The position numbers and the translations under genes were made by a program. From a virus (Duplodnaviria; Caudoviricetes), in IMG/VR virus record IMGVR_UViG_3300028593_000003: 64,000 nucleotides of DNA. One strand, given 5' to 3'. Positions 45,208-56,028 of this stretch are shown here, one piece after another. Position 1 is the first letter of the stretch. Each line of letters begins with the position of its first letter. The notes beneath the pieces were generated by a model. The model made no database searches. It was not told the origin of the DNA and saw only the letters and a program-made list of their open reading frames with translations.

Positions 45208-47385
45208 TTATTTGATTGCTAATTCAATTCTATAAAATATTTTTAACTCGACTTCAGCCGGTTTGAAAATCGGGCTACAAGCACTATACCATACCAGATC
45301 ATCATACAGATTATACAATCCCATTTCTGTGATTGTCAAGTCCGTGGGTGTTTTGGGCACAACGGCTGTAAAATAATAATACTGGCTATCACCTCTCGAT
45401 GTAACCGGATGTGTACTGATCAAATTTTTCAAAGTGCCGTAATATTTAGCATTCCAATGCCTTGTATCCTCACCATTACCAATTCCAAGATAGGAAGTGT
45501 CTGCGGCCATACCATCCATATCGGAAAAAGTTTGACCTATTGACCTGACTACGGCGGTTCCGGATACCGGCTCTGAAAATGTAATAGTGCATCTACTCGT
45601 AGTATTTATCGTGATTTCCTTTGGTATAATCAGATTATCATCACCATCATACACTTCAACGTGGAGGCCGTAGGCATTGAGGCCGTGGACAACATACCAT
45701 ATATCCTGTTCACCATCAGGATGATATATATAGGCGGCCTGACCCAGTTGGATACTTCCCGCCTGTGTGGATGAAAATATCGCGGTTATGGTATCATCAT
45801 CATCAATGTGAACTTCCAGAGGCATAAATACATCGAAATTCGATTCTCTCAATTGTACAATCGGATATTTTTCTGATAATGTGTGGTCAATATTCCAAGA
45901 AGCCGCTGATGGGCCGAGTATTGTCTGTGTATATTCCGGCACGGCGACAAAACAATGGCCGTTTGCTGGATTGTATTCATCCCAATATATCCTGATGTGA
46001 TTTGATGAAATTGTTTCTATTCTTGCCGGGAATATTCTTTCATAAAATACATTGTAACATTGAACCATCGGCATCATCGTTCTCAAGTTATGATGAATAT
46101 CCCAAATGGATGACAATGACATTCTACTGTAAACGGCCGTTGCTCCAATGGTTCCCACCGCCAGAGGTTTTACACACCAAGACATAAGAAAAGCAGAATA
46201 GGCCGCGCCATAAAGTGATGTCGGCGCGGGGCCGAAATGTGTCAACGGAGAAATCAACTGCTGATAATCCGCCACTCTTGCCACAGGACGAAACTCTTCC
46301 CAATATTCCAGAAGATTGTCCATAATATTTTCATTGATAATATAATCAGAACCAAAAGGGGCCCCTGTCAAATCCATCTGGACTTTGTAGTGAGGTGAGA
46401 GGATTTTTCCTGTTGGCCAATCATACAATGTCGGATAACCACCGCTTCCGGTTGTTTCTACGCTGTGATAAAATCCCTCTCCTGCCGGCCCTACTGGTAT
46501 CGTTGAGTTGTACGAAGGATTGGCAATGTAAAGATAATCCTCAAAATACGGAAGAGGAATATCTTCAGGGTCTATGACCTGATGCCATCTCTCATACACA
46601 TTGAGGAAATTGGGTGTTCCACCAACTATAGCCCTCCAAATAATATAGAGTGATGTATATGTTCCTTTCCTTTTCAGGAGAGCCGGGAGATTTTCAACCC
46701 ACGCTCTCTGTGAAGGAACATCATCGAGCAAATTCGGGATTGTTACGTCAAACATATTTCCAATATAGTAGAGATAGTCACTATCAGTCTCCTTTGGATC
46801 CGAAAGTGTAAGGACGTTCTTGAGGCGGTTATAGATTTCCTGATATTGCTGGTCAAAAGAAACTTGGAGAAACTCCGTAAATCTGTCTGTCCTATTATTT
46901 TCAGGTAATGCGTCAACTACATAATCCTTCATACCGTAAAAAATAACATTGAAGAAGTTTTCGTTTGTATCGGGATATATCTTACCGAAATAGAGATATA
47001 CCAAATTTGTATTGACAAAGTTTTCCCAATCCGTATTGTCATTTACAAAATCGTGGAATTGACAGTCCTTTCGGAAATAGATTTCCGAATCGGCATAATA
47101 ATTCAACAAATCGTTCCAAGTGACTTGTGGTGCCCTATAATTGTCAACGGGCCCGTAGAACTTGAAAACATTTTCTTCCGGTGTTCCCCCCACCGGAACC
47201 CCCTTTATTCTCAAGTAACCATCATCTGTTTTCAAAAACAAATCGACACCGTAACCAAATCTTGCTATCATACCGGATGACGGCCCCTTCAAGTGAGCCT
47301 TCTTCGGATATTCTGTTCCATAAGGATCAATATTCTGAACAAACTGCTGAACTATAAAATATGGTGAATCGCAAAATCTGGCCAT
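45208..47385 (-). CDS. Baseplate wedge protein (gp7/P2 gpI-like) with three W.I.H.L repeats
   Basis: L.DP.E.D..YL..IG...KRKGT..S motif; follows gp6. Confidence 0.7.
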   Translation of the reverse strand: MARFCDSPYFIVQQFVQNIDPYGTEYPKKAHLKGPSSGMIARFGYGVDLFLKTDDGYLRIKGVPVGGTPEENVFKFYGPVDNYRAPQVTWNDLLNYYADSEIYFRKDCQFHDFVNDNTDWENFVNTNLVYLYFGKIYPDTNENFFNVIFYGMKDYVVDALPENNRTDRFTEFLQVSFDQQYQEIYNRLKNVLTLSDPKETDSDYLYYIGNMFDVTIPNLLDDVPSQRAWVENLPALLKRKGTYTSLYIIWRAIVGGTPNFLNVYERWHQVIDPEDIPLPYFEDYLYIANPSYNSTIPVGPAGEGFYHSVETTGSGGYPTLYDWPTGKILSPHYKVQMDLTGAPFGSDYIINENIMDNLLEYWEEFRPVARVADYQQLISPLTHFGPAPTSLYGAAYSAFLMSWCVKPLAVGTIGATAVYSRMSLSSIWDIHHNLRTMMPMVQCYNVFYERIFPARIETISSNHIRIYWDEYNPANGHCFVAVPEYTQTILGPSAASWNIDHTLSEKYPIVQLRESNFDVFMPLEVHIDDDDTITAIFSSTQAGSIQLGQAAYIYHPDGEQDIWYVVHGLNAYGLHVEVYDGDDNLIIPKEITINTTSRCTITFSEPVSGTAVVRSIGQTFSDMDGMAADTSYLGIGNGEDTRHWNAKYYGTLKNLISTHPVTSRGDSQYYYFTAVVPKTPTDLTITEMGLYNLYDDLVWYSACSPIFKPAEVELKIFYRIELAIK

Positions 47386-49094
47386 TACGTTTCCTCTGAA
47401 AATTCACAGTTACCCAGTAGTAATGCTGGGAACTGGTTATGACCGAGTTGTATTTTTCTCAATTTATTTTCGCCCGGATAAGTTGAGGCCTCTTCAATAT
47501 AGTATGGGTATAGACCGCTAATATTCGGCTCATACACCGAATGGGTGTCACAATCAACATTTCTTACAATCAGATTTTGAATACCCTTTACCTGCGACCA
47601 AGTTTCCCCACTTGTTGATGTTTCAGCCGTATCCATAATATAATTTACAATGTCAATGTGAGAAATTATCTCATTGAAAGCTCTGTTCTTCGATTCAAAA
47701 TAATATTGCAATTTACTTCTCACATCATTCATTACATCCGTATAAACATATGTCCTTTTTATCTTGATGCCCATATCGAAGGAGAAATACACAAGGTCTG
47801 GCAACTCATACAGTTCATAAGTAGTCAGTATTTTCCTTGGCTCAAGATAAGTGGAGATTTCCTCTTCCCAGCTCTGAGAATAAGCAGAAGGTACTATAAT
47901 TTCGTCATTCGTACCACTTGACGAATAAGAAATTGTACTATCTCCCCATTCATCCGGTATCAAGGAAATGTGAACCCTGTTATATTCTTGAATGCTACCC
48001 GAAGGAGCGATTTCCTGTTCCCCCCAAACATGCGCAGCAATAACATCAGACCTCGCCTCAAGATGTGTAGTGTAGTCTCTCTTCGTCACATTCCTATACT
48101 GTGAATGAATTGCTCCGGTTGAAGCGCTCTTTATTTCAGCGATTGTTTCGGGGCCGGAGGATCCCGTTGTGGCCAATTCATTTATGGCAGTATATTCCGT
48201 CAATGGAACATCCAATCCGGTTGTCCTGTTTGTCATAAAAGTTGTTTCTGGTGATGTAATTGTTCCCCCGCCGGCAGCACTATTCAATCCTGCGCTCTTC
48301 AAAAGATAAACAACTATGTCATCCGTGAGATTTGGAACATTTCTGTTGGTAGAAAACTCAACAAGATATTTTTCATACTTGTCAAATCTGAACATATAAA
48401 CAGTATCTATAGTTGATAATCCTGATAATTCGTCATAAAAATCAGAAATCCTTGTCCAGATTTCATCGTTGACTTGAACCTCGACAGACGGATGTTCCGT
48501 TTCATCAATATCATCATCATAATCATAATTTTCAAAAGGAAGATAGAGAATGTTGTCAATCAAATCCTCTCCGCGATATGAATATGTTCTTACGATGCCC
48601 TGTCTTATTGGAACCTTTTCTGTGAGAGTATATGGAAAGGTTGCTGAAGTGGGAATGGTATATGTGAAATCCGCAATGGTTGAAAATCTCAATATATCTC
48701 CATTTTCGTCCGTGAGATCTGGAGCGTCAATTTGTTTCCATCTCTGGATGTGGATTTCATCGCCAGGAGATATAGAAGCACTCGTAGTAATTGTAATTGT
48801 CAAATCTGTCTGGGCAGACCTATATCCCTGTGGATTGTACCCCCTCAATCTCGAAAGCATATGAACAGTTTCATATAAATCCGCCGTATCTATATATTGA
48901 TTTTTTGCCACTTTATTTGTATAGTAAGTAGTAAGTGCGCCAAGATAGGCAATCAACTCTATGAGTAGAGTAATATTACTACCCTCATAATTATAATCAG
49001 CAAAGGTGGTTGTATTCTCAAGTAAATCGGCTATCCTTGCCTTTATAGTAGTAAAATCCATATTCAAATAATCTGGAATTAATGTATTTCCCAT
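47385..49094 (-). CDS. gp6: Baseplate wedge subunit
   Basis: DF.TIK...F.DYNYEGS...L.ELIAY, GY.P...SA, Q.R.VT..DY. Confidence 0.9.
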   Translation of the reverse strand: MGNTLIPDYLNMDFTTIKARIADLLENTTTFADYNYEGSNITLLIELIAYLGALTTYYTNKVAKNQYIDTADLYETVHMLSRLRGYNPQGYRSAQTDLTITITTSASISPGDEIHIQRWKQIDAPDLTDENGDILRFSTIADFTYTIPTSATFPYTLTEKVPIRQGIVRTYSYRGEDLIDNILYLPFENYDYDDDIDETEHPSVEVQVNDEIWTRISDFYDELSGLSTIDTVYMFRFDKYEKYLVEFSTNRNVPNLTDDIVVYLLKSAGLNSAAGGGTITSPETTFMTNRTTGLDVPLTEYTAINELATTGSSGPETIAEIKSASTGAIHSQYRNVTKRDYTTHLEARSDVIAAHVWGEQEIAPSGSIQEYNRVHISLIPDEWGDSTISYSSSGTNDEIIVPSAYSQSWEEEISTYLEPRKILTTYELYELPDLVYFSFDMGIKIKRTYVYTDVMNDVRSKLQYYFESKNRAFNEIISHIDIVNYIMDTAETSTSGETWSQVKGIQNLIVRNVDCDTHSVYEPNISGLYPYYIEEASTYPGENKLRKIQLGHNQFPALLLGNCEFSEET

Positions 49095-49096
49095 AA

Positions 49097-49504
49097 TTAT
49101 ATCCTCTTCAAAACAAAAATTATTCTATCCACATCACGGTAACTTGATCCTCTTATCGAATATGTCACCGTTATGTTATATTGCATTCCCTCATAGTCCG
49201 CTTCTACATTAATGTTTATTATTTCAATTCTATCATCCCAACCGGCTAATTCCTGTAGTATTGTATTTCCAATATCTCTGGCCGTTATTTCATCTATTGG
49301 CTCGAAAAGAAATCTTTCAAGCTGTGCACCAAAAGTCGGTAGCATTCTTCTACTTCCTTTTTTTGTCCTCAAGATATTTCTCAAAGAGTTTTTAACGGCT
49401 TCATATTCTGTTACCCTTCTAACATCCCCATCGGCTTGGCGGGGCATTTCTATATCAAAGTCCGAATAAATGTCTGTAACTGTATATGTAAACTTTCCAG
49501 GCAT
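49097..49504 (-). CDS. gp25: Baseplate wedge/sheath initiator
   Basis: YSDFD, AVKNSLRNIL.T..G.R...P.FG, LFEP. Confidence 0.9.
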   Translation of the reverse strand: MPGKFTYTVTDIYSDFDIEMPRQADGDVRRVTEYEAVKNSLRNILRTKKGSRRMLPTFGAQLERFLFEPIDEITARDIGNTILQELAGWDDRIEIININVEADYEGMQYNITVTYSIRGSSYRDVDRIIFVLKRI

Positions 49505-49507
49505 TTT

Positions 49508-49801
49508 TTATTCACAATCGACATTGGGTGACCCGGCAACTATAGTTCCACTAAAAGTGCCGGAGAAAGAATCACCTATTCGTGCGATTGCCCTCCCATT
49601 AGCATTTGTTTTTGATGCACCAGAAACAATTGTTCCGTAATGCCCACAGTTCGCTCTCACTCTGTCACCCACTCTTGCCACACCTATACTATTCGCATTC
49701 ACATCCGGAGAACACTCTACAATAACACCATTCTGATGCCCGTGATCTCCCGCGGAACAATGTCCTGTAACTGCATCTCCTAATCTACTTACTTTTGCCA
49801 T
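49508..49801 (-). CDS. gp5.4: PAAR-repeat spike tip protein
   Basis: SRLGD, VARVGD, IARIGD repeats. Confidence 0.9.
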   Translation of the reverse strand: MAKVSRLGDAVTGHCSAGDHGHQNGVIVECSPDVNANSIGVARVGDRVRANCGHYGTIVSGASKTNANGRAIARIGDSFSGTFSGTIVAGSPNVDCE

Positions 49802-49802
49802 A

Positions 49803-50642
49803 TCAATTCAAGTTTATCGGGTTTCCAGTAATATTACAGGAGCCCGTGACATTTATATTACAATTCCCACTTACTGTTATTTGAAGATTACCACTAACGG
49901 TTGTTTGCTGATTTGACTGATATCCCTCAGTCACATTTCCCGTAACTGTTTCACTCTTGTCAGATTGAAAATTTTCTGTTACATCGCCCACAACTGTCTC
50001 ATTCTTGTTACCGTTTATATTTATGGTTTCGTTCTCTTCTATAGTCTTGGTTCGATTTTTAACACCATATATTTCTATATTACCTTCGTTATCTATAATA
50101 AAATATGTGCCGGCATTATGATATATTCTAATTCTCTTATTATCCGGTGTAGAATCTACCTCTATTATATGCCCTCCGTGGACATGAAGAACAATATTGT
50201 GAGGATATTGTCCTAATCCCTTGTCATAATCTGGCCCTGTTTTATCCGGATAGGCACCGGCCGGGTCAACAAAGCCCCGTAAGGTATCTGCTGGTGGTGA
50301 TGATGATCCGCCAGGCACAGTACCAAAATATCTCGGTTGTAGAATATTTCCGTTCTCAAAAAATACCATAACATGAGAACCTTGTAGTGGAACCCCCCAT
50401 ACGCCATAATTCGATATTGAGCCCTCAATCAATCCATATATGGGTTCTGCCCAAAGAAGCTCCTCGGTAGGAACCCCCTCAAGAACATCCTTGGTTTTCT
50501 GTGATGTATGAATACCAAATATCCTTACTCTACATCTTCCGGCCTGTTCCGGATCATTATTATCCTCCACCACCCCACGATAAATTCCAAACAATTTATC
50601 TTTGGGTAAAGTCATATCCGTATATTCATTCTTTATTATCAT
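49803..50642 (-). CDS. gp5: Baseplate central spike (OB fold + beta-helix, no lysozyme domain)
   Basis: GVVEDNNDP...GRCRVRIFG.H, YPHN, V.G.....V.GN repeats. Confidence 0.88.
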   Translation of the reverse strand: MIIKNEYTDMTLPKDKLFGIYRGVVEDNNDPEQAGRCRVRIFGIHTSQKTKDVLEGVPTEELLWAEPIYGLIEGSISNYGVWGVPLQGSHVMVFFENGNILQPRYFGTVPGGSSSPPADTLRGFVDPAGAYPDKTGPDYDKGLGQYPHNIVLHVHGGHIIEVDSTPDNKRIRIYHNAGTYFIIDNEGNIEIYGVKNRTKTIEENETININGNKNETVVGDVTENFQSDKSETVTGNVTEGYQSNQQTTVSGNLQITVSGNCNINVTGSCNITGNPINLN

Positions 50643-51910
50643 CTTATATTACCCATTTTCTGTGTCTTTGTTTCAAGATTTACCTTTACAGCGCTATATA
50701 AATCTCGTATTTTCGAATCTGTATAGGCTGTTTTCAATAAAACGAGAAGTTGTTTGTAAAAAGGTAGTGTTCTTCCACTAAACTGATGTGTCACAGATTT
50801 TACAAGATATTTTCCTTCAAATGCCCTATTAGTGACCTCTTCTTTCAATGTACTTGGCCATATAATATCTACCATCATACCCGCATATCTCCTTTCGTGA
50901 CCAATGACTGTCATCAAAACTTCGTGCTCTTTAACATATCTCTTGATAGCATCACTATATGCCATATTTTCCAGTAGAATAATATCACTATCCCCCTCAA
51001 GATCAAATCTCGTGGCTGTATCACTAATATTATAAAAAAATGTCTTTTTTCCAAGTAGAGTAAATTTCTTAATCATATCTTCATATGTATAAGGTTTATC
51101 AATAAAACTTTTGGTTGCGAAATCATATCCAAGCTTATGACCGCCTTTTATACCTATCATAGATTGATAATCTATTCCACTTATAGTAAAACCTAATATT
51201 TTATTGAGGCTATTGTCTGCCGAGGTACTAAAATAATATCTTTGAGGTTTTCCGTCAAACCCCCTTTCCAATTCTGTTTGTTTTAATAGTTTTTCTAATG
51301 TTATAAAATTCAGGCCCCTCTGATTACTATAAAATAGATAGCCGGGGGCCAGAGATTCTAAACTGCTCGCTCTCTTCGAAAGCCATTTTATTGCCTCCAT
51401 CGGCGTCCAATAAGGCATATAAAAATTTGATAAACTTTCCTTTGTTTCCTCAAAATTTATAAAAGAACTATCTGTAAATAGCATAAAATCCGAAATGTGT
51501 TTGATGATATCAGATATTTTTTTATCAATGAAAGATAAACTATATCTCCTTTGTATCAAACTTATAAACATCGGTTCCACAAAATAAATTTCTATTTGGC
51601 TCATATCATAACTTTCTCTTTGGCCCATAGGAGAAATTTGATTTATAGAATATACCATAAAAGTTTTGGATCTATCTTCATCCAATCCATATGACAATAT
51701 AATGGGTTCGTGACCAACAACGGGTAAAAGCTCGAGGCCTCCGACTTTATCAATAAAAACTAGCTTACCTACCATACAAGCCGAAAAAATATCCTCAATA
51801 AAAGTGAATTCTATAATATCACGGCTATCAATGGTGGCCCTTCCAGCTTTCGTTCCCAATGAAACATTAAAATCACTTTTACCTACTGGTTTTTGTGAGG
51901 TATCAATCAT
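50639..51910 (-). CDS. Baseplate hub protein (gp27-like)
   Basis: EDIFS..M.G, P.W.P..AI.WL, GKYLV..V.H; upstream of gp5. Confidence 0.7.
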   Translation of the reverse strand: MIDTSQKPVGKSDFNVSLGTKAGRATIDSRDIIEFTFIEDIFSACMVGKLVFIDKVGGLELLPVVGHEPIILSYGLDEDRSKTFMVYSINQISPMGQRESYDMSQIEIYFVEPMFISLIQRRYSLSFIDKKISDIIKHISDFMLFTDSSFINFEETKESLSNFYMPYWTPMEAIKWLSKRASSLESLAPGYLFYSNQRGLNFITLEKLLKQTELERGFDGKPQRYYFSTSADNSLNKILGFTISGIDYQSMIGIKGGHKLGYDFATKSFIDKPYTYEDMIKKFTLLGKKTFFYNISDTATRFDLEGDSDIILLENMAYSDAIKRYVKEHEVLMTVIGHERRYAGMMVDIIWPSTLKEEVTNRAFEGKYLVKSVTHQFSGRTLPFYKQLLVLLKTAYTDSKIRDLYSAVKVNLETKTQKMGNIR

Positions 51911-52287
51911 AATTCCCCAATATCCCTCATTTCTCTCAAAAGAATTGGTATAATACTTGAAACGAGAATTTGTATGTCGTTTTCCTTATCTAATTCCTCA
52001 AATGGATTGACAACTTTATTTGCCAAGGGTGTAACCCACCATAAACCAACTGATTTATAGAGGCTGTGAGAAATTAATTCCCACCAATCGTCCTCTTGAA
52101 CCTCGTAAATCTGATAATACATAACATCTCGAAAAAGGGCATCATTTATATCATATGTTCTAAAGATATTCAGAAATTTTGTTCCATCTTCCTCTTCCAT
52201 AACATTAAAAAGTCGAAGGTAAGAAACATTTGATAATGTGTGCCCAGTTAAATCTTCGAAGGGTTCTGTTACTTTTTTGGATGCCAT
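51907..52287 (-). CDS. gp53: Baseplate wedge protein (LysM-like)
   Basis: Y.V...D..E.IS..LY....LWW....N...NPF. Confidence 0.8.
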   Translation of the reverse strand: MASKKVTEPFEDLTGHTLSNVSYLRLFNVMEEEDGTKFLNIFRTYDINDALFRDVMYYQIYEVQEDDWWELISHSLYKSVGLWWVTPLANKVVNPFEELDKENDIQILVSSIIPILLREMRDIGEL

Positions 52288-52291
52288 TCAG

Positions 52292-53437
52292 TTATATCTC
52301 CCGAAACTTTCGAGCAATTTCTCCCGAAAGTGATCTTTTTATAGTCTTTGCATCTTTTGTTCCTGTTGTTACCAATCCTTTAGTATAAAATGCGCTATCC
52401 CATAATGGAGGTATTTCTGTAAATGAAAGATGAAGCTCACACATTGATGGCTGTCCATCGACATATGGTGCCCTCCAAGTCGGTTGAACAAGAGTTAATG
52501 CAGCATACTCAATTTTCAAGAAATCTATAGGATATGTTTCTATTGTAAAATAGAAAGGAAAATCTATTTCCGATAAATCATTTACCCCCTGTGTTTTTGT
52601 TTTGGTTGGTGACGATAAATATTCCAGAAGTTTTACAGGATAGATAATTTCTTTATACAAATCTGTACCAACATCCGCAAGATAAAAAACAAAGTCATAT
52701 TTTCTTCTTTCAGAATTTTTATAAACTAATGCAGTATCAATCCTTGTTTTTGCGACATCTGCCTGGGATGCGGCTGTGGCCATTCTATGCACAAGCTCCC
52801 CCCATCCTTTTTGATTCTGATCCACGATTGCTTGATATATGGTTTTTAACATCGAATAATAATTACCGCCTTTCCATGCATTTGCAACATCTTGCATCGT
52901 TTTATTTTCCCCGGCTTGCAACCCAATATTATCTATTTCTTTACTCACTCTTGCTGCCCAGGCGGCCTTTTCCGCAATCGTGGCAGCTAAAGATTCATAA
53001 GGGCCCCAATCGTGTGATACTATTTCTTGTAATTCATTCGGTGCTAATAAGAAAAATGTAAACCTTTTGTTTCTTGGTGTAAGTGGTTTATCACTTCTTC
53101 CCCAAGATGCCATACTTTCAATACCTCTGGCCTGTAATTTTATCCATAAATTATTCGTTGTGGAATTGTGTAAAGATGAAGGACACCAAATTGGAGAAAC
53201 ATCGTCTATATCTTCACTTTGAGGCTTGGTTCCTGATGCATCCGCAATAGCATCGTTCTTTTTATTACCCGATTGTGTTGTGGCCCCCCTGTCTTTCTTT
53301 GCACTCTCATCTATTTTCTTTCGGTATTGTCCTTGATTTTTATTCTGGTTACCTGAAAGATCTCCATATACATACTCATAATTAGGATCAAGACGGTTGA
53401 GAGCATCTATAGCGTCATCTACTGCCATATTTATCAT
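52292..53437 (-). CDS. Baseplate tail-tube cap (gp48-like)
   Basis: R.Y.F.F.L...P..F.I...DG.P..L.LSFTE; position in the module. Confidence 0.6.
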   Translation of the reverse strand: MINMAVDDAIDALNRLDPNYEYVYGDLSGNQNKNQGQYRKKIDESAKKDRGATTQSGNKKNDAIADASGTKPQSEDIDDVSPIWCPSSLHNSTTNNLWIKLQARGIESMASWGRSDKPLTPRNKRFTFFLLAPNELQEIVSHDWGPYESLAATIAEKAAWAARVSKEIDNIGLQAGENKTMQDVANAWKGGNYYSMLKTIYQAIVDQNQKGWGELVHRMATAASQADVAKTRIDTALVYKNSERRKYDFVFYLADVGTDLYKEIIYPVKLLEYLSSPTKTKTQGVNDLSEIDFPFYFTIETYPIDFLKIEYAALTLVQPTWRAPYVDGQPSMCELHLSFTEIPPLWDSAFYTKGLVTTGTKDAKTIKRSLSGEIARKFREI

Positions 53438-53440
53438 CCT

Positions 53441-55819
53441 CTAAACTGTATTTTGTAAAACAATATACCAAGCCACCGGCGTTGACATTAGTGTTGGTAA
53501 TGGGTCGCCAGGTGCACCACCCGGGCCTAATTCATTTTTGTTGACCTGTATTGGTGCAGTATTAAAAGTATTGGAGTTCATACCTACAGGAATCGGCACA
53601 GGCCCTTGTTGTTGTAATCCTCCCGTCGTGAGGGAAGCACTTAACTTATTTAATAACATTTCCTGACTTTCCAGATTTCTCAATCCATTACCTATTTCAC
53701 CTCTAATTGGTGCCCCAAGTTCACCTCTTGTGAGGGGAACTCTTCCACCTCTTTGAAATCCCATCAGAGCTCCGGCACCTAAACCACCAAAAGTAAAATT
53801 ACTTGCGAATTTCATCAGAGTTCCAATTGGGTCGCGAAGCAATGCTGCCATTCCGCCGGGCAAAATACTATTGAGTAAACCGGCCGTTCCTTTCGGTGTT
53901 ACCCACTCACCAACCGAGGCAGCAATAAGTCTATTGTCAATTCCTTTGCCTGGAATGGTTTGCCCACCAGTAATTTTTCCCCCTGTCTGCGCTCCAGCAA
54001 TTTGACCTCTAAATCCCTCCTGCTTCATCATTCTTTTTGCCAAATCATTTATTTCGGAATCGGACAAATCAGCAACTTTTCTATTTGATAGATGTGGGGC
54101 TACTCCACCACCATATCCACCACCACTCCATTGTTTCAATCGTTCATCGACAGTTTTACTGCCACTTTTAGTTTTTAATGCCTCTTTCATTGCAGCAAAA
54201 CCGGCTTCTGGTGTTGGAAATTGCAGAAATGTACCACCGTCTGCTGCCTTAACACCACTATTTGTCGCGCCATATTTTTGTTTCAGATAATCGGTAAAAT
54301 CTGTTCCCTGATCTTTTATATTGCCTGGATTATTCAATCTTTCCGCTACATTAAGTTTTCCTCTTGCTCCAGTTGTTCCTGCAGGCCCGGCGGGCCCTGT
54401 TCCTACACCTTTTGTTCCTACACCTTCTGTTCCCATACCTCGCTTTTGTTTCATTTTTTCGAGTATTTTTTTTCTATATTCAGGATCTTCTCTTATGCGT
54501 CTATGTTCTTCTTCTTCAATGGGCTTTCTTCTTTTTTTCTCCTCCTCCTCAATGTCTTTTAATCTTTTTTCCATAGCCCTTCGGGCAGGAGTTGCCAAGC
54601 CAAAGCTCGCGATGTCTAAACCATATTCTAATGCTTTATCTTTGATAGTTTTCAGAACAAGATCAAATAGATTTCTAAATTTCTCAACTACCCAATCTGT
54701 AAAAATTTCCCAATCCTTTTGAAATTCGGGATCTTTAATAAGATTTTGTATCAGGGCCCCGGCACCCAAAGCAAGTAAACCAATAGCAACGGGAAGAAGT
54801 AGCGGGGCCAGCATTGTCATAAAAGAGCCCATAAGCCCCGCAATTGCACCAATAAAAAAGGGCATCATCCATTTCATAGCATTCCACATACCACCCAGAG
54901 CGCTTCTACTTATTTTTGCGAATGGCTTCGTAAGCCATTTTCCGATACCTTTTGTTTTCTGCCATAACCAGAATTTCGCGGCCTCTAATTTCATCTGAAG
55001 CCAATATTTTGCCCTATCTTTTTTATCCTTTACCCAACCTATAATTTTTTCTTTGGCTTCTCTTTTCTTTTGATATACCCATTCTTTACCGGCCTGATAC
55101 AGCCAATTTTTAATTTTGAACAGAGCGGTCAACCCCTTTAGAGATTTGAATATTTTCTGGAATGGTAAAATTATTATTTTTTTGAACTGCAAACCAACTT
55201 TATCAAAGAATTTTTTAATCGGGGCCATAGAGTATAAACTTTTGGCTATTTTCCATAAAGCCTCACCTACACCAATCGCCGCATTTTTAAGAGTGACAAG
55301 AGAATCTCTTGCCAAATCAAAAATTGGTGCCATATCTCCCAATATATCGTGAAGCTGTGATTCAAAAAAACCCGTGATCCTGCCTATTCCTTCTCTTATT
55401 GTGGAAAGAACTTTAAGGTTCCAAAAACCATACCAAGCTTTTAAAAATGTTCGGCCCCAAAATCTCTGTAAGAGCCATTTCTCGACCTTTTCTCTTACTG
55501 TTACTGTTCTTCGTAGTTCTTTATAATATCTTTCAAGTTCCGCTTTTCTTTTTTTATCTTCCTTTTTTTCTTCATCTGTTCTATATTTTTTATCTAATTT
55601 TTTTGTTTCTTCTACTTTTTTCTTTTCTAATTTTTCAAGTTTATCATACAGATCTTCAGGACTTTTTACTCTTTTAGTACCAATGACATCCTTTGGCATA
55701 GACTTCTCTATTTGTTTCTGAAATTTTAGAAGTTCCTTTGATGCGGATGCGGCGAAGGCCTTACTAAATTCTCTAGCAAAGTCTTGCATTTCTTTTGGTA
55801 ATGCTTTGGCTGTAGCCAT
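53441..55819 (-). CDS. Tape-measure/gp29-like protein with TM segments and a lysozyme-like domain
   Basis: Long helical K/W-rich region, hydrophobic segments, RLNNPGNIK...FPTPEAGFAAM. Confidence 0.65.
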   Translation of the reverse strand: MATAKALPKEMQDFAREFSKAFAASASKELLKFQKQIEKSMPKDVIGTKRVKSPEDLYDKLEKLEKKKVEETKKLDKKYRTDEEKKEDKKRKAELERYYKELRRTVTVREKVEKWLLQRFWGRTFLKAWYGFWNLKVLSTIREGIGRITGFFESQLHDILGDMAPIFDLARDSLVTLKNAAIGVGEALWKIAKSLYSMAPIKKFFDKVGLQFKKIIILPFQKIFKSLKGLTALFKIKNWLYQAGKEWVYQKKREAKEKIIGWVKDKKDRAKYWLQMKLEAAKFWLWQKTKGIGKWLTKPFAKISRSALGGMWNAMKWMMPFFIGAIAGLMGSFMTMLAPLLLPVAIGLLALGAGALIQNLIKDPEFQKDWEIFTDWVVEKFRNLFDLVLKTIKDKALEYGLDIASFGLATPARRAMEKRLKDIEEEEKKRRKPIEEEEHRRIREDPEYRKKILEKMKQKRGMGTEGVGTKGVGTGPAGPAGTTGARGKLNVAERLNNPGNIKDQGTDFTDYLKQKYGATNSGVKAADGGTFLQFPTPEAGFAAMKEALKTKSGSKTVDERLKQWSGGGYGGGVAPHLSNRKVADLSDSEINDLAKRMMKQEGFRGQIAGAQTGGKITGGQTIPGKGIDNRLIAASVGEWVTPKGTAGLLNSILPGGMAALLRDPIGTLMKFASNFTFGGLGAGALMGFQRGGRVPLTRGELGAPIRGEIGNGLRNLESQEMLLNKLSASLTTGGLQQQGPVPIPVGMNSNTFNTAPIQVNKNELGPGGAPGDPLPTLMSTPVAWYIVLQNTV

Positions 55820-55822
55820 ATA

Positions 55823-56020
55823 TTATTTCCCCTGTTTCTGTGTTTTATCTGGTTGTTTCATAGCATCTGCTTTTTGTTTCATATCTTTTATAACGAGATT
55901 GAGAAAGGCCTCCCTTTCAAAATCTGGTAAGAGGTTGCTTTCCTCAATACTTATATTCGCCCGGCTTGCTAAATAATATTGCTCCTCTGTAATAACGTGC
56001 AAGCTCGTGCCACAACACAA
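55823..56020 (-). CDS. gp51: gp51-like tail assembly factor, probably made by -1 frameshift from 56029-56889
   Basis: S..E...L..FER..F motif; no ATG or RBS; open -1 frame back to the slippery site. Confidence 0.7.
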   Translation of the reverse strand: MCCGTSLHVITEEQYYLASRANISIEESNLLPDFEREAFLNLVIKDMKQKADAMKQPDKTQKQGK

Positions 56021-56028
56021 TGTATAAA

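Noticed and set aside
54360-54440. Short repeats resembling a collagen-like or variable locus
   Set aside because: A brief G-x-G-T linker inside the tape-measure-like protein; too short to be a separate element
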